Virus record (IMG/VR): IMGVR_UViG_3300005327_000002
Coordinates: 16,092 to 80,091 of that record
Strand: one strand, 5' to 3'
Source: a virus
Length of the DNA stretch: 64,000 nucleotides
The notes under the pieces are model-generated. The model made no database searches, was not told the origin of the DNA, and worked only from the letters and a program-made list of their open reading frames with translations. Positions 61,899-64,000 of this stretch are shown here, in pieces. Position numbers and translations under genes: made by a program. How positions within the stretch are numbered: the first letter of the stretch is position 1; each line of letters opens with the position of its first letter.

Positions 61899-62057
61899 TC
61901 AGGCTCCTTCGGTCCAGCGCTCATCCGCGCTGGGGTCGTAGTGCTCGGTGTGCTTCGTCTTGGACTTCCCGCAGACCAGCGTCCGGCCGTCCTTCACGGC
62001 CACGGCGGCGCAGCGGGCGTGAATGGAGGGGCGGGCGGCGGGGCGGCGGGCGCTCAC
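61899..62057 (-). CDS. Small Cys/His protein
   Basis: C..C..H..HYD..W; GTGA-coupled to the HTH gene. Confidence 0.5.
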   Translation of the reverse strand: MSARRPAARPSIHARCAAVAVKDGRTLVCGKSKTKHTEHYDPSADERWTEGA

Positions 62058-62380
62058 GCGGAGATCCCGGCGGCCGCGTCGGCGGCGGCCTGGGCCCACT
62101 CCGCGTGGATGTTGGCCACGTGCTGGGGGGTGTAGCCGGTGACGCGGGCCACGGCGGCCTGCCTGCCGCCGTTGGGGATGCGGTCGGCGCCCTGCTGGCG
62201 GGCGGCGTCGGCGGCGGCCTTGTCCTTCTCCACCAGGCGGAACATCTCCCCGCGCTGGGCGGCGTCGGCCTCCTCCAGCTGGGCCTGCAGGGCGTTGACC
62301 CGGGCGGTCAGCTGGCGGAGCTGGGTGAACTCCTGGGTGTCTTCCAGGCGCTGGCGGCGCCTTCCGGTCGGTGTAGTCAT
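62054..62380 (-). CDS. Small coiled-coil + HTH protein (Aca-like regulator candidate)
   Basis: Heptad region then RQAAVARVTGYTPQHVANI; leaderless start. Confidence 0.65.
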   Translation of the reverse strand: MTTPTGRRRQRLEDTQEFTQLRQLTARVNALQAQLEEADAAQRGEMFRLVEKDKAAADAARQQGADRIPNGGRQAAVARVTGYTPQHVANIHAEWAQAAADAAAGISA

Positions 62381-62386
62381 GGCTTC

Positions 62387-62467
62387 AGTATGCCCAACGT
62401 CCTTGATAAGTCAACTGACAAGACTGCTCTCAAGTCAATTGACAAACCGCTGGAGGTGCGGGAGGCT
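62387..62467. promoter_or_regulatory. Divergent promoters with two palindromic operators
   Basis: AAGTCAACTGACAA 62408-62421 and AAGTCAATTGACAA 62432-62445; plus strand TTGACA-N17-GAGGCT, minus strand TTGACT-N16-CATACT-N6-ATG. Confidence 0.75.
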
Positions 62468-62507
62468 GGCCCCGTACCGATCGACACCGACGAAGGAGCC
62501 CGCCGAG

Positions 62508-64000
62508 ATGACCGACACCACCCCGGCCCAGCAGCGCCTGAAGGACCTGGAGGCGGAGATGGCCGCCGACGCGGCGGAGCGCCGGAAGAAGCTGTGGGAG
62601 GCCCAGTACGGTCCGCAGCCGCAGGGCTGGACCCGGCCCAACAACACCAACGTCTCCAAGGCCCTGAAGGCCGCCGGGTACGCCCCCTCCGACGCGAACA
62701 ACCGCAGCCCGCGCTTCTCCGGCCACAACTGCCAGCAGAGCGGCGACGTGGTCCGCGTCTCCTACCGCTCCGGCGCCAACCAGGACCACCTGCCGATCGA
62801 AACCGTCCGGGAGCGCGGGAAGGCCCTGGTGAAGGAGTACGCCCAGGCCCTGGAGGCCGACGGCTACACCGTCCGCCTGGAGGGCGACGCCAGCACCCTG
62901 TACGTGATCGCGGGCAAGGGCCGCAAGGCCCGCGCGCCGAAGCTGACGGAGACCGGGAAGAAGGCGCTGGAGGCCGCCGACGCGGACGGGTTCCTGACCA
63001 CCACCGGCCGGGAGTGGATGGTGGAGGAGGCCCTGGAGCGCCTGGGCCTGGTGGAGAAGGTCGACGGGTGCGGCCACGTCCTGGGCGACGACACCGACAC
63101 CGGCCACCAGGGACACCTGCACCGGGCGCGCCTGACCGCCAAGGGCACGGAGCTGGTCGGCCGGACCTGGTCCCCGTTCTCCCCGGTCGTCCACGCCGAC
63201 GACTTCGCCATGGGCGGCCAGCTGCTCTGCGGGGAGGACTACCGCAACGGCACCCGGCGCTCCGGCGACCCGGCGGAGGTGACCTGCACCGGCTGCCGCG
63301 ACCACCTGGAGCGCACCGGCCAGCTGGCCGCCGCCCCGGCCGCCCAGGAGCCCCCGGCCCCGCAGGCCGCCAGCGAGCTGGAGGCGTCCCTGGTGGCCGC
63401 CAAGGCCGGGAAGTCCATGGCCTGCCACGTCCCCGCCGACCTGGCCGACCTGGCCCGCCAGCTCCGCCCGGAGCACATGGACCTGTTCACCGACCGCCGG
63501 GGGCTGTCGGCCATCGCCACCACCGCCGACCACCTGGAGCTGGCCCACCGGCTGGAGGAGGCCCTGCGGGACGTCGGCACCGACGCCCAGAAGCAGGGCG
63601 CCGTCCTCTACGCCCGCTGGGCGGTGGCCTGGGCCCGGTCGGAGCGGCTGCAGACCCCGGCCCGCACCGCCCTGGAGGAGGCCCTGTACACCCCCGTCTA
63701 CAACCTGGCGGGCCCGCTGGCCGCCATCATCTGGGAGGGCTTCGTGATCCCGGACGGGGTCGACCTGCGGGAGGACGACGCCCGCAGCACCATGTACGCG
63801 GTCGGACCGCGCTCCCGCCAGGCCATGCTGGCCCGCGACCTGGAGAAGGCCGCGAAGACCGGCGACCAGGTCCACGCCGCCCGCGCCTACCGCGCATGGG
63901 CCGGGGACGACCCGGAGGCCCTGGTGCACTGGGAGGACCTGGTGGAGGCCGGTGCGGGCGGCAGCGGCTGCGGGGAGGCCCAGCAGGAGGAGCCCCGAAC
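62508..64000 (+). CDS. Large multi-domain hypothetical protein (3'-partial)
   Basis: GAAGGAG RBS, ATG 62508, open to the window end with strong GC3 bias; missing from the ORF track because it has no stop. Confidence 0.75.
   Translation, partial: MTDTTPAQQRLKDLEAEMAADAAERRKKLWEAQYGPQPQGWTRPNNTNVSKALKAAGYAPSDANNRSPRFSGHNCQQSGDVVRVSYRSGANQDHLPIETVRERGKALVKEYAQALEADGYTVRLEGDASTLYVIAGKGRKARAPKLTETGKKALEAADADGFLTTTGREWMVEEALERLGLVEKVDGCGHVLGDDTDTGHQGHLHRARLTAKGTELVGRTWSPFSPVVHADDFAMGGQLLCGEDYRNGTRRSGDPAEVTCTGCRDHLERTGQLAAAPAAQEPPAPQAASELEASLVAAKAGKSMACHVPADLADLARQLRPEHMDLFTDRRGLSAIATTADHLELAHRLEEALRDVGTDAQKQGAVLYARWAVAWARSERLQTPARTALEEALYTPVYNLAGPLAAIIWEGFVIPDGVDLREDDARSTMYAVGPRSRQAMLARDLEKAAKTGDQVHAARAYRAWAGDDPEALVHWEDLVEAGAGGSGCGEAQQEEPR

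Larger units (their letters stand above)
1..64000. mobile_element. Actinobacterial temperate siphophage, probable phage-plasmid (extends beyond both window ends)
   Basis: Head, tail, terminase, replication and recombination genes throughout; no host housekeeping genes; ORFs run off both ends. Confidence 0.9.

Noticed and set aside
1-64000. tRNA, rRNA, reverse transcriptase/DGR and bldA-type TTA control
   Set aside because: No cloverleaf, rRNA signature, RT motif or template/variable repeat pair recognised; the TTA/TAA triplets spot-checked in genes were not in-frame TTA codons (not exhaustive)

Overview
Very GC-rich actinobacterial (Streptomycetaceae-like) DNA; the whole window reads as part of one large temperate siphophage that looks like a phage-plasmid. 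Virion genes resemble mycobacteriophage cluster B and Streptomyces plasmid-phages: portal, MuF-protease fusion, separate hexamer and pentamer capsid proteins, major tail, tape measure, Dit/Tal-like proteins, three GDPD-fold tail-tip paralogs, a collagen tail fibre and terminase. They are split into separated, partly divergent blocks. Also present are a lytic replication set (primase-polymerase, P-loop helicase-like protein, PolA), RecET and ERF recombination, and plasmid-type functions. The latter are an HTH Rep with internal iterons next to a DnaA box, a Cre-like recombinase with a lox-like site, a frameshifted ParB-like gene and the C-terminus of a probable TraB/FtsK translocase. Two accessory islands are each headed by a small leaderless coiled-coil/HTH gene. 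One (16-24 kb) is built from repeated hairpin-operator-promoter modules and holds a triplicated unknown domain; the other (59-64 kb) holds an AcrVA2/FinQ-like gene. No rRNA, tRNA, CRISPR array or endolysin was recognised. All family calls come from motif recognition by eye; no searches were run.
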